Source: Eledone cirrhosa (Eukaryota). From it: DNA of 64,000 nucleotides. How positions within the stretch are numbered: position 1 is the stretch's first letter; each line of letters begins with the position of its first letter. The DNA lies in NCBI GenBank assembly GCA_964016885.1, contig OZ024740.1, forward strand, positions 235,724,001-235,788,000. The letters run 5' to 3'. Position numbers and translations under genes: made by a program. Below, piece by piece: positions 52,445-64,000 of this stretch. The notes under the pieces are model-generated. The model was given only the letters and a program-made list of their open reading frames with translations. It searched no databases and was not told the DNA's origin.

Positions 52445-52632
52445 TAATTGTTTCTACTTTTTGGCACAAGGCCAGTAATTATCCCAGTTTATTACTGGTA
52501 CTTTATTTTATCGACCCCATAAGGATGAAAGGCAAAGTTAACCTCGGCGTGATTTGAACTCAGATCATAAAGATGCGGTAACTCTATGCTGCAAAGCATG
52601 GCGTCCGACCCTCTACCGATACTGCCAATCCA
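52445..52632 (-). mobile_element. SINE family A copy
   Basis: Reverse complement of 5725-5910. Confidence 0.85.
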
Positions 52633-53602
52633 TCTATATATATAATATAAAAGAGAGATGTTTATTGGTTGGTTGGATCACACAAAAACTACACGCATAC
52701 ACACACATCTGAAGAAAGAGAGACACAGAGGGAGAAGCAGAGCGAGAGAGATAGGCCGTTATACAGAGAGAGATAGGCCGTTATACAGAGAGAGATAGGC
52801 CGTTATACAGAAAGAGATACAATTAAGGTGTTAGATATTCAGAGAGAGAGAGTGACGTCCTACAAAAGTCTAGAACTGGCTTAAAGTATAGATCAAAGTA
52901 TCAGTTGAAGGTTTAACAATATTGCGTTAGCTTTTATAAAGTCGTTTTACACCAGTCTTTGATTTTACAGAACACAGAAAAAATTTATACTATTTGAAAT
53001 TATTCTATGGTGTATATTTCAATATGAAAATCACCAAGAGGCAATGAGAGTTGCAATGAAAACTCGACAAGCACAAAGGACTCTTCAAGGCAGAATAAAC
53101 TGGCTAAGTGCTGCATTTTCATATGATCCATCGAAGAATTATAGAAATGATCCTAAAGTCGCAATTGGTAGCATGGATATTACACTTGGCATGTGTAGCT
53201 TAGGAGGAAAGGTCAGACTTCCACCGATAGAGGACCCTCCAGCTTTTATCCATATACTGCTTAAAGACCGTACTAACGAAGCTAAACACTTCAGAAGCAA
53301 TGTTATGTGGTATATTGCTGCATTTCAGATGACATTCTTTGGAGCTGAAAAAGATCATACTGACTATGGCTATTTCACAACATTTAAAATCCAAGGCCAA
53401 TGCTACCATTTAATCGGCAGTTTACACCCCAGCCTAATAAGGAAGTTTTATGATTGTTTTTTTTAATGTGTCTTGCTCACACACACACATTACAGTCTCA
53501 CGTCATACTATAAACCAGACAACACTTTCAATACAGTTGTTTTCTCTTTTATCCATCTTCTCTTAACTGTTCTTCCGGGTGAAGCCGGGTACCTCAGATA
53601 GT
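52633..53602 (+). mobile_element. Internally deleted Helitron retaining a RepHel N-terminal fragment
   Basis: 5' TCTATATATA; AAFSYDP, GKVRLPP, FQMTFFGA, FKIQGQCYHLIGSL; 3' ccgggtgaagccggg then ATAG (CTAG variant); three 22-bp tandem units near 52744-52812. Confidence 0.85.
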
Positions 53603-53789
53603 TACTAGATAAACTGAAACAAAGTGTATTAAACTGTCATTGCTCTCAATTTAAGTGTCAAACCCTTGAGCTGCTTAATTTCAAAAGATGGGATTTTTAG
53701 TTTATTTTATTGTTCACATGATCGAAAGGCACATGATGTTTTGGCTTTGGCATCTGAAAGACATTTATTTCAAAGACATATCAACTGAC

Positions 53790-54210
53790 TAAAGCTAAAA
53801 TTTAACACATGAAACATGGGCAGTGAATGCAGAGGATATGCAAAGGCTAAGAAAAAAAAATGAAGTAAGCCTGTTTCAGTGGATGTGTGATGCTAATATG
53901 CATGATTGGTGAAGCATAGATGAGTTGAGAGAGAAACTAGATATAAGTGGAATGAAAATAGCCTGCAAAACTGGTATTGTCATGTGATACATATGGATGA
54001 TGACCCTTAGGTGAAAAGATGCCAAGAGTTCCAGTTGGAGGGAAACCATAATAGAAGATGACCAAGAAAAAGCTTGGCAAAAGTGGTGAGCGTGGATTTC
54101 AAAACCCTAAACCTCTCAGAGGAGATGAAAAAAGAGTGCAATGACTGAAGGGTGGCTGTGCTGGTAAAGATCCATTCAACCCATGGAAGCATGAAACATC
54201 AGACATACAA

Positions 54211-54242
<32 letters not shown>
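53790..54242 (+). mobile_element. Degraded RTE 3' end
   Basis: Homologous to 47840-48210, ends in (gat)n. Confidence 0.7.
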
Positions 54243-54977
54243 CTTAATAGAGACAACTGCAGTTATTTTAACACTATCCTGTTAACCACTAGAAGTATTA
54301 TACATCAATTGAAAACTTCATCAATCTGCTGTAGTTTATTAATAAAACATCAATGCATTTGATGCACTCTTGCATGTTGTTACATATCTCTGAAAACTGA
54401 TCTTGTGTTTTACGTCAGCCAATCAGTCACACTACCCTCCACTCAACCTGTCTTGGCCATCAATAGACGTTGGTGGGCCAATCACATTTCTAATTCATCA
54501 TAAATGTCAATTTCCTTATTGTTCATTGCAGTTGGATATAGGGAAAGTGCTGTAAATGCTAAATAGTGCCATGGTGACCTAACAATCTCTTGTCACACCT
54601 CCATGTGCATGCAATAAAGTTATGAGATTGCATGTGCGTGGGATAGAAATAGAGAGGGAGGGATAAAGAGATGGAGAGGAGGAGAAATATAGAGATGGAG
54701 GGAGAGAGAGAGAGAGAGAGAGAGGGGTGTGGATAGAAAGACAGTTAAGGAGGTGTAACTTCACCTGCATTGCCATAAATGGACCTAGTTCCTTGGTTAC
54801 CATGTTTGAAAACCAAATTGGAAGTTATGTAAACAGTTTAAGATGTATGTGTGTGTACATACTGATAACCAAGGAAAACAAAGATTAATGATGATATGTA
54901 TGTATGCATGTATGTGTGTATATATATTTATATATATATACATATATATATATGATGATGATATGTGTATGTATGTA

Positions 54978-56211
54978 TGAGGTGTGTTCAATAAGTAATG
55001 AGGAAATTTCAGGAGAGGTATTAACTATCATTCAATTAGAATGCTACTTCATGGTGAAGTAGACTTACATGTAATGTATAAAATGGCTAACTGGCAACTT
55101 CGTATCTGCCTAGGTTGGAACATAATGGTGTACGTGGTGGAACCAGTGTGATCTGATTCACCAATCTATTGACACATGACAAGATGCAGGGAAACATGGA
55201 ACAACGTTATGCCATCAAATTTTGTATTAAACTTAAGAAAACCAAACGAAAAGCATAGGGCTGAATTGATGAGCAAAGCAAGTTTCTACGGGTAGTTTAA
55301 ATGATTTTCCAAAGGAAATGAACAAGTTAAAAGAATAAAAAATTGAGTAAGTGTAAAGGTTAGGGATACAAGGCCATCAAGCTACTGTGAGGATGATATC
55401 TGAAGCTGTTGGTACTAGTATTAGTACAGTGGAGACAATTCTGACCAAAGATTGGGAGCTCCACAAAGTCTGCTAAGTTCGTGCTAAAGATCCTCTCCAA
55501 CGACCAGAGGCAGTTTCATATGGAATGTTGCATTGAAATTCTTGATATGATAGAGGCTGATTTTGGTTTCCTCAATAAAGTAGTGACTTGCGATGAGATT
55601 TAGGTATTCACCTATGACCCTGAGAGCAAACATCAGAATGTCCAGTAGAAGTATGTGCCCCCCCCCCCCCCCCGGCCCACGAAGGCAAAGATAAACAAGT
55701 CGCAAGAGATGGCAATGGTCATTCCTTTCCAGGGCTAATTCATGTTGAATGAATTCCTGGGGGCCAAACCATCAATAAGGAGTATTACCTTGAAGTTCTG
55801 AAAAGGTTCAGAGAGAGGAGGAGGAAGAGACTACAGTAGTGGAGCATGGGGGTTCTACCAGGACGATGCCCCATGTCACAGGTCAATGCTGGTGACCATC
55901 TGGATGACCAATGAGGGAACAAAAGAGATACAACTCCCACCCTACAGTCTCAACCTGGCTCCTTGTGACTTCTTTCTGTTCCCATTCATGAAAGATAGCC
56001 TCAGGAGAATCAGATTCAAGTGAACACCGGAGCCAAAGGAGGCATCGGTGAATTTCCTGATGGAACTGAAGAAGCAGGACTGGGAAGAGGTCCTCTAGGA
56101 GTGGGAAAGACGCTTGTGCTTGTGTGTAGATGTGAGAGGTCATTATTTTAAGTTTTGTAAGCTTATGAAAATAAATAATGACTCTCCTGAAAGTTTTTCA
56201 TTACTTATTGA
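54978..56211 (+). mobile_element. Decayed mariner (DD34D-type) transposon
   Basis: MEQRYAIKFC, VTCDE, IPGGQTINKEYYL, QDDAPCH, NLAPCDFFLFP; TIR remnants tcaataagtaatg / cattacttattga. Confidence 0.88.
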
Positions 56212-56284
56212 TTAATAACTGTTTCTACTTTAGGCACAAGGCCAGCAAATACCCAGTGCATTACTGGTACTTATTGATTAATAA

Positions 56285-56591
56285 CACTGGTCAACACACA
56301 TTTTGTTGACTTAGGTTTTGTTGTTGTTTTTAGCTAATTTTGAGGTGCTAATTTCAAATATGGCATCCATTTTCCCCTAACACATCATGTTTTCATGTTT
56401 GTCTTTTGCTCAGCTATCCCATAAACACAGGAAACATGGATATTTTGTAAACCTTCCTTGTTGGCAAAGTGAAAACTTGACATGATAGAAAAAAAGTATT
56501 GCCATTTTTAAACTCAGGGACCCCAAATTACTCAAAAACAGGTCTCAAACTTAGGTTAGCAGATAAAAAAGCAAAATGTTATTGACCAGTG
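56285..56591. mobile_element. MITE-like element
   Basis: TIRs CACTGGTCAA / TTGACCAGTG, TA on the right flank. Confidence 0.6.
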
Positions 56592-57410
56592 TAATATATA
56601 TTATTTACATACAACAGAAATGACAATGAACCGCTGTGAGGATTGGAGACATGCTGTGCTGGTGAAAACCTGGCTACCATCCTAAAACTATCACGCCTTA
56701 GTAACTAAATCTGACCCAACCCCATCTACATGCCCCCTGCTTCTTGCTAACACCCTCTGGTTGCTATCCTTACTATCACAGCAACTCCTCCCCTTTCATG
56801 CCCCTTCCACACAAACTACCATGCCATGCCTAGTAGGTGTCCTTATCATCATTGTACATCCCCACCCCTACTCTATCCAGGACCATCCCCACTCCCCCAA
56901 ATCCTAACACCCACATTCTATCCAAAGTCAACACCCAATATCCCACTCTAGATTATCTCCTCCATAACCCTGACATCCCAGTCACAGCTGTAGTAGCTAT
57001 TATCACAGTACCTTCCTACCACCCCTCACTTTGTCAAACCCCTCCATCCTTAGCACATGCCCATGACATACACTCCACCTGCTCCGTAGGATAGAGAGAT
57101 CTCTTCAGTTAAGTCAATGATTGACAACCTCTCTAGTGCTGGTGCCACAAAAAATGCACCCAGTACACCCCCGTAAAGTGGTTGGTGAAAGGAAGGGTGA
57201 CCACTGTAGAAACCAAGCCAAAAGAGTTCAGGGGTCTCTTTAGTTGTGTCAGGAGCATGGCAATTCTCTAGTGCTGGCGATTTACATGCTAAACACACCT
57301 AGTATACTTTGTAAAGAGGTTAATGATAGGAAGGGCATCCAGCCATAGAAAACCTTCTAAAGAAAGGGTCAGGAAGACTTCCCAGCTTATAATATATATA
57401 TCAAATTTTT

Positions 57411-57647
57411 GCTCTACATGGCTGAATACAATAAATGTAATCTGAGTTTTTCAAATATTAATAATAATATTCGATTCATTTGCAATTATGCAAACAAGCC
57501 TCATTTTTAAAGCCATGTCAGTAGAATGACCCCCTCAGGACATGGCTTTAAAAATGAGGTTTATTTGCATAATTGCAAATGAATTGAATATTATTATTAA
57601 TATTTTAAAAACTCAGATTACATTTATTGTATTCAGCTATGTAGAGC
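57411..57647. repeat. Fold-back element 4 (109-bp inverted arms, 19-nt spacer)
   Basis: 57411-57519 is the reverse complement of 57539-57647 with few mismatches. Confidence 0.9.
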
Positions 57648-57659
57648 GAACATTTTTAT

Positions 57660-57913
57660 TTTTATCTTATCACCTTGACCGACCAGTCTGTTGGGCGCAA
57701 ATCGTCACAGCACGTCGTGCTGTTTTAGCCATAAGATAACGCCATCCCACTGGCTGGGCGGGCAGGCCGGTACTCATTTCTACAGCTGAGTAAACTGGAG
57801 CAACGTGAAATAAAGTGTCTTGCTCAAGGAAACAACACATCACCCAGTCCGAGAATTGAACTCACAACCTTTTGATTGCAAGCCCAATGCTCTAACCACT
57901 AAGCTATGCTCCT
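57660..57913 (-). mobile_element. CORE-type SINE with the family B head and a different tail
   Basis: Head and CORE are the reverse complement of 6039-6180; the tail differs. Confidence 0.8.
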
Positions 57914-57915
57914 TT

Positions 57916-57988
<73 letters not shown>

Positions 57989-58319
57989 GTCGTCATCATC
58001 ATCGTTTTTACACCTGCTTTTTCATGGTTGTGTGGGTCCTTCTCAGCACGGCATCTCTCTACTTGTTCTGTTCCTTTGTGATCTCTGCCAGTCTGAGCAA
58101 TTTGAGGTAAGCTCTCACAACCCCCGCCCAGGTCTTTCTTGGTCTTCCTCTACTGCAGCTTTATTATACATTATATATATATTATATATACATAATACAT
58201 ATATATTATATATATAATATATATTATATATATAATATATATATTATATATATAATATATATATATTATATATATAATATATATATCACATATATATATA
58301 ATATATTATATATATATAT

Positions 58320-59462
58320 CCAGGGAGTGTAACGTGGAGTTACTGTAGGTTCACCCAAGTGAGCACTCGATGTTTAGGTTCACTTCTGTGTCGAGGTGTA
58401 GAGCTAGACAGAGTGTATTATAATAAAATAAAACAAGGACGAGTGATTACTCCTTCATTATGTTTACTGGTCAGTGATATGCGTTTTGCCACTGATCAGC
58501 TCAAGGTTTGATCTGTATCGATCTAACCCGACTCTGTAATCCACGGCTCGTCAGACCCCTTTTAATGGTAATGAAGAAATGATTATACATGGCGTATGAG
58601 AAAGTCTGATGTCCCTATGCTGCTCAGTGAGATTTGTTTTGATTGGTAGGTTAGTTCAGAGGGGTGTTTTTGCCTGTAGTCTATGTGGGTGAGTGTGGTG
58701 ATTAGTTGGTGGTGATTAGTTGGTAGGTTGAGAGGGGTGGCAGTGTATGGCGTGCTGATTGTCGCTACAAGCCTCTGCCCATACTGGGGATCTCATCTGT
58801 TATTATATTTAGGAGGTATAGGCCAACGACGTCCATAACCTGTGCGGAGTCACTCAACCCCATAGTAATGTCGAGGCTATCTGGTCTATTTTGTCGCTCC
58901 CATAATTTACCATCGAATTCTAGTATGGTTCTCCTTGCAACTAGTATGATGTCAACCTCCTTTCTAGTGAGGCTTGATCTGTTCATGGCTGAGATCAATG
59001 CCTTGTTTAGGATGACTGGGGATATAGAGGCGTAGTAGTTCGCAATGTCCATTTGGACGAATCGAATGTCCGACTTGATTTCAATGCCTCTCTAGTGCCG
59101 ATTTGGTTTCGATTACCTCTCTAGTGCAGGACCAGAGGCTGAGTTTTGTCCTATTCCTTAGCTCAAGTATTATCCAGTCAATGATGGATTTACTGAGTCT
59201 ACCTAGGTCTGATTTGGAGGGAGCTATGAGTCTGACTGGTAGTTTGCTCTGAAAGTCCGGTTTGTGATCCTTATTTGATATCCTCAGTGTTCTAGGGTTG
59301 TAGGGTTGTGTCCTGTTGTCTATCCTAAGTTCCGTCATTATTGTTTTGGCCTGTTTGTTTATGTGTGCTAGGTTTTCATGTGTTGATATTTTGTATATTT
59401 TAACTAGTTTGTTTATGATGCATTTTTTGTAGGTGCTGTACTCCAAATTGTACAGGCTTCTG
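58320..59462 (-). mobile_element. Internally deleted Naiad-type PLE (RT fragment plus 3' pLTR)
   Basis: KDHKPDF...VRLIAPSKSDLGRLSK, DIANYYASIS, DITMGLSDSAQVMDVVGLYLL; degenerate hammerhead at 58468-58558. Confidence 0.85.
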
Positions 59463-59644
59463 TATATATATTCACACACACATATGCACACAGTTATGTA
59501 AGATGAACAGACAGTTGCATCTTTTACTTTGTCAGATTTTTTGCTGGTGCATAAATTTTTTGCACATTATATATATAATATATATAACATATATATATAT
59601 ATATATATATGTTATATATATGTGTGTTATATATATATGTATAT

Positions 59645-59715
<71 letters not shown>

Positions 59716-59755
59716 GATATTAAACAAATGGAAACTATATTTATAAAACCATATT

Positions 59756-59821
59756 TATTTCATTATACATATTTCGGGGATACCATATTAAAAATATGGC
59801 ATGCCTTCTTCAGATAAAATA
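59756..59821 (-). ncRNA. Minimal type I hammerhead motif in a pLTR related to fold-back element 1
   Basis: Minus strand: tattttat CTGAAGA aggcatgccatatt/aatatggtatcccc GAAA tatgta TA atgaaata. Confidence 0.75.
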
Positions 59822-61465
59822 CAATTTATAAACAGTTTTATAAATAATTTTGACGTACCATAAATATTGACCAACCGTTATGTAAGAAGCTGGTTTGGTA
59901 GTGAGATGTTTATAAATATTTAGTGTTAAGCACAGTTAAAAAGAAAGACGGAGAAAAAGAAGAAATGTATGTAAAGAAAAACAGAGAGAAATAGAGAGAG
60001 ATATGGGAGAGAGAAATAGTGAGGAGGTGAAAAAAGAGACGCAGCTGAGGCAACAGATGAATAATAATAATTCATCATACAAATTGAGAGATTTAGGAGG
60101 GAGGGAGTACTGTAATTATTTAGTTATAGTGTTAAGGACAGTTGGGGGGGAGACGGAGAGAAATATAAACTGAAGAGAAATCAGAGAGAGAGAAAGATAG
60201 AGGTGGGGGAAAAAAAGAGGTAGACCAAATAATAATAATTATATATGGGGAGGTGAGAGAAATAGGAGAGAAATAAGAGGGAAATAAGAGAGAAACTCGA
60301 GAGGCAAAGTTAAAACAACCGATACATAGACTTCATCATATATAAAGAGGGAGGAGAAGAAAGAGCTATATCTAGAGAGAGGGATGATAGATTTACTTCT
60401 TTACGTTATGTCCTATCAATTTGAATTATCAATTCATATGAATTGGGTAATATAATGTAAATATCAATATTCATGAATGAGACATAGATGCATAATGTGT
60501 GAAAATAATTTTGCTCAACAATGACCATATGTTTAGTTTAAAATTCTGAGGTCGATGTACCAAAACTGAGATAAAACTTCAAAAAATACGGAAATATATA
60601 AGTATATACATACACATGCATATGCACTTTCCGGAAAAGGAAAGAAAGAGAAAAAGAGGTCATCTCAAGTTCTAGTTGATACTATAGACATACCCATGAC
60701 TTTACGTGATCAACTCTATAATTTCTTGATTCACAGAAAAAAATTTTTTTCCTTTGTGTTATAAAAGATTTTACTATATATACACATAAAAAAAAATATA
60801 TTAATATTCTTGCCCTCACACATGATTATCGTTCATGTATAGAATATTATGCATATCTGTAACATATCCAGAACTATACCCACACATACATATATATATA
60901 TATGTATGCACACATATAGCTACATGGACATATAAAATAAACAGATAAAATATACTCTGTAATCATTCCATATGCATATTAATACATATGGCCTTTGTAC
61001 AGAGACAACCAGATATCAATATATCAGCACAGAGATATCAAAACGTTAAAAATATTTTCATCACTCCCTAGAGTATCTCGGGCCGTAAAAACACAGTATG
61101 CCCCCCATATCAACCACAGAAATCTACCCTTCCAATTTATCTGACAATATATTGCCAAGTTCATTAGAAGCAATCAGAATCAAAAATGAAACAAAAAAAA
61201 ACAAAAATTACTCAACAAAACTTATTTAGCAGAAATCATTTAAAGGATTTAGGAGACCCTGCTGTTCTACGGATGCTCTTATATTTAGTATAGAAGTTTA
61301 TCTAGCGTAAAATTTATTCAATAGATTGGGAGCATCTACATTTTAGGGTAGTTTAATTACATCATTAGTATATATTTATGAAGAAGGTTTAAAAGAAAAA
61401 GTTGAAGGAATCGAAAGATTTATCGTCAGGTTTCATACATTAATTAAATATCCTAATTAATTATA

Positions 61466-62425
61466 CTACATTTTAAATTTATATTTATATTTAAACGTTG
61501 AGTTCAATCTATGTCTGCAGCAACTGAATAAATTGCTCCTTAAATTAAGGGAATTTTTGGATTTTAATATAAAGAATATCTCCTCCACACAGAGGTCACA
61601 TGTCTCAGATGAGGAATTAAAAGGAATCCCTCTTGAGACAATATTCCAAAACATCGAATACCCAACGTTATCATGTTTAAGTTGCCAGAGTAAGCCTGAT
61701 AGTGAAGTTGAAGATTTTTTGTTTGGATCTGTGAAAGAATTCTTATGATTATTGTAGCGAAGTTTAAATTCTGTCGAGGTGGAACCAACATAGTTAAAAG
61801 AATTTAAGTTAGTTTTAACATTACAATTGTATATTATATTTTTAACTAAGCAATTGTTATTTAACGGACATTTAGATTTATTTCTACAGTTACAGTTGTT
61901 TAATTGAATATTGTTTTGGCTATTATCGGTATTTTGGCTAGGTTTTAGATTCCTATTATTTATTCTGTTAATATTTTGTGCTAAATTTTTGGTGGACGAG
62001 TAGGTTAATTTTATAGTATGTCTATTAAAAATTGAGTGATATTTATGTGTTCTAGGGAAACGTTTGTCAAGAGCCTTAAAAAATAGTTTAGCAATGTGGG
62101 TTTTAATATTTAGTGAGAAGGGGGGGGGGAACCATATTATATTTCTAGTTCTATTTCTTTTCCGGCTTTTGGAATTATTGTAATGTTTTCTATTATAGTT
62201 GTTAAAGTTGTTACCGTAATTAAAATTGTTATTATTTTGGTTAGTTTGCCTATTATTATCGATGTACTTAATTTTATCACTATATCCTGCTCTAGCTGAC
62301 GCTTCATTGTAATACTGCGCTTTTTCGTCGAAAATGTTTTTATTAGATGAAATTCTTGAGATACGTTCTTGAACAGAGTTCACTATAGTATTTTTAACAG
62401 ATCTGGGGTGATTAGAGTTAGAATT

Positions 62426-62432
<7 letters not shown>
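61466..62432 (-). mobile_element. Naiad-type PLE: RT thumb, linker and GIY-YIG endonuclease (open frame, 5'-truncated at (TA)n)
   Basis: SNHP, IIWFPPPFS, CNCRxxxxCPL, IIY...YVGST..FKLRYNNH, CDLCVEE, CRH; ORF-track residues upstream of the TA tract are not homologous. Confidence 0.9.
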
Positions 62433-62895
<463 letters not shown>

Positions 62896-63469
62896 TAATA
62901 GAATGGCTATCTGCAGAGTATCCATCTACCAGACTCCATTCACAGGCATTGATTAACCTAAGGTTACAGAAGACACTTGTTTAAAGTGCCACACAGTGAG
63001 ATCATATTTATCTATATGTATGTGTGTATGGTTGATAAATGTGTGAATATATTAGTAAATTGCACATATGTGTGCACAATTAATCTATCTGTTTACCTTG
63101 TACACCACACTTCCTGTTATGTTAGAGTATTTTTGTGTGTTTTAGTATATGTGTAAATATATTTGACCAGACATATTGACAGATTGAGAAATAAATAGAC
63201 ATATAGATGAATTGATGGATGGATGAATAGCTAGATAAGTGGATAAATTGAAAGAGATGGCTAGATAGATAGAAAAACAGACAAACAAAAGGACACAAAG
63301 ACTTCTTTCCATCATGATGATAATGATCATCATCATCTTCATAATTTTACATCCATTTTCCATCTTATTTGAAATAACTGCCTTCCAAGATGAGTCAGGG
63401 ACTTATGTTCTACATTTACATTCCAGTTTTAGAATGGCTTCTATGGCTGGATACTCTTTCTAACACTTT

Positions 63470-64000
63470 CTAGCCCTGGGTGGCTTGGCTGAGATGGTAG
63501 TTGAGGACCTTCGGTTAATCATTCCAGCTCTAAAACTCATCGGACTTGAGATCAACCCATCCAAATCCGAGGTGATAAATGTTAGCTACAAAGAGCTGAA
63601 TTCCACGATGCTATACTCAGCATCCATCTCGTCTTGTCCAGAGCTTGGCTAATGCCCAAAGACGCCACCTGCATTCTTGGCTATCCAATTCTCTTGAAAG
63701 CCACAAGAGAGTGCTTGGAGACCAAGCACACAGACCTGTCCTGAATGGCAGAGAGGCTGCACCTCATGAACACTCAACTAGCACTCTTCCTCTTGAGTAA
63801 CTGCTTCACCCTCTCCAAATTCTTGTTCACGCTGTGTGGTGCACCTTGTCACCCCCTTCCAGATCCTTTCAGTCAACTTGATGCCACCATCCGACGCTGT
63901 GCAGAAACCATCTGCAATGTCAGTTTCAACAGCGCCGGCTGGCAACAGGTAAAGATCCTAGCATGGTTTGGTGGCTTCACCTTTCGATCTGCTTTGGATT
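63470..64000 (+). mobile_element. CRE-like LINE RT C-terminal fragment (runs off the window)
   Basis: IGLEINPSKSE, ILGYPI, ALFLLSNCF, WQQV...FGGFTFRSA. Confidence 0.8.

Noticed and set aside
54524-54570. Candidate next IMMP2L exon after ttgcag (GYRESAV)
   Set aside because: The required frame hits a stop at once and there is no WVEGD motif
61395-61440. Possible SECIS after the Naiad ORF (minus strand ATGA-N11-AAA), since some Naiads encode selenoproteins
   Set aside because: No complementary helix II or correctly spaced GA, and no in-frame TGA in the retained ORF
58765-62432. Single PLE with permuted domains (endonuclease upstream of RT)
   Set aside because: The GIY-YIG piece is already preceded by an RT thumb, and the two pieces are separated by a pLTR end and TA tracts; they are separate copies

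Overview
AT-rich, repeat-saturated animal genomic DNA. The SINE, RTE, Penelope-like and microsatellite content looks like an octopod cephalopod (inference). The only host coding sequence I can support is one 66-nt + strand exon (15624-15689, SPRNPHQKLVKRIIALEGDNIR) of IMMP2L, so the rest of the window is probably two very large introns. These contain tRNA-derived SINEs, LINE fragments (RTE, CR1, CRE, R4-like), Naiad-type Penelope-like elements (PLEs), four Helitrons, a solo LTR, hAT, mariner and maT fossils, MITEs, a 6.9-kb satellite with higher-order structure and many microsatellites. Most ORF-track entries are microsatellite artefacts. Two observations stand out. (1) Small fold-back (palindromic) elements sit in (TA)n tracts, carry minimal hammerhead-ribozyme motifs on both arms, and share a termination rule: the short arm stops just before a TACTC...GAGTR hairpin. 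Further hammerhead variants occur elsewhere in the window. (2) The frame-preserving IMMP2L exon, which carries the catalytic Lys, is bracketed by two inverted copies of the same MITE. All calls are by eye and boundaries of degraded repeats are approximate.
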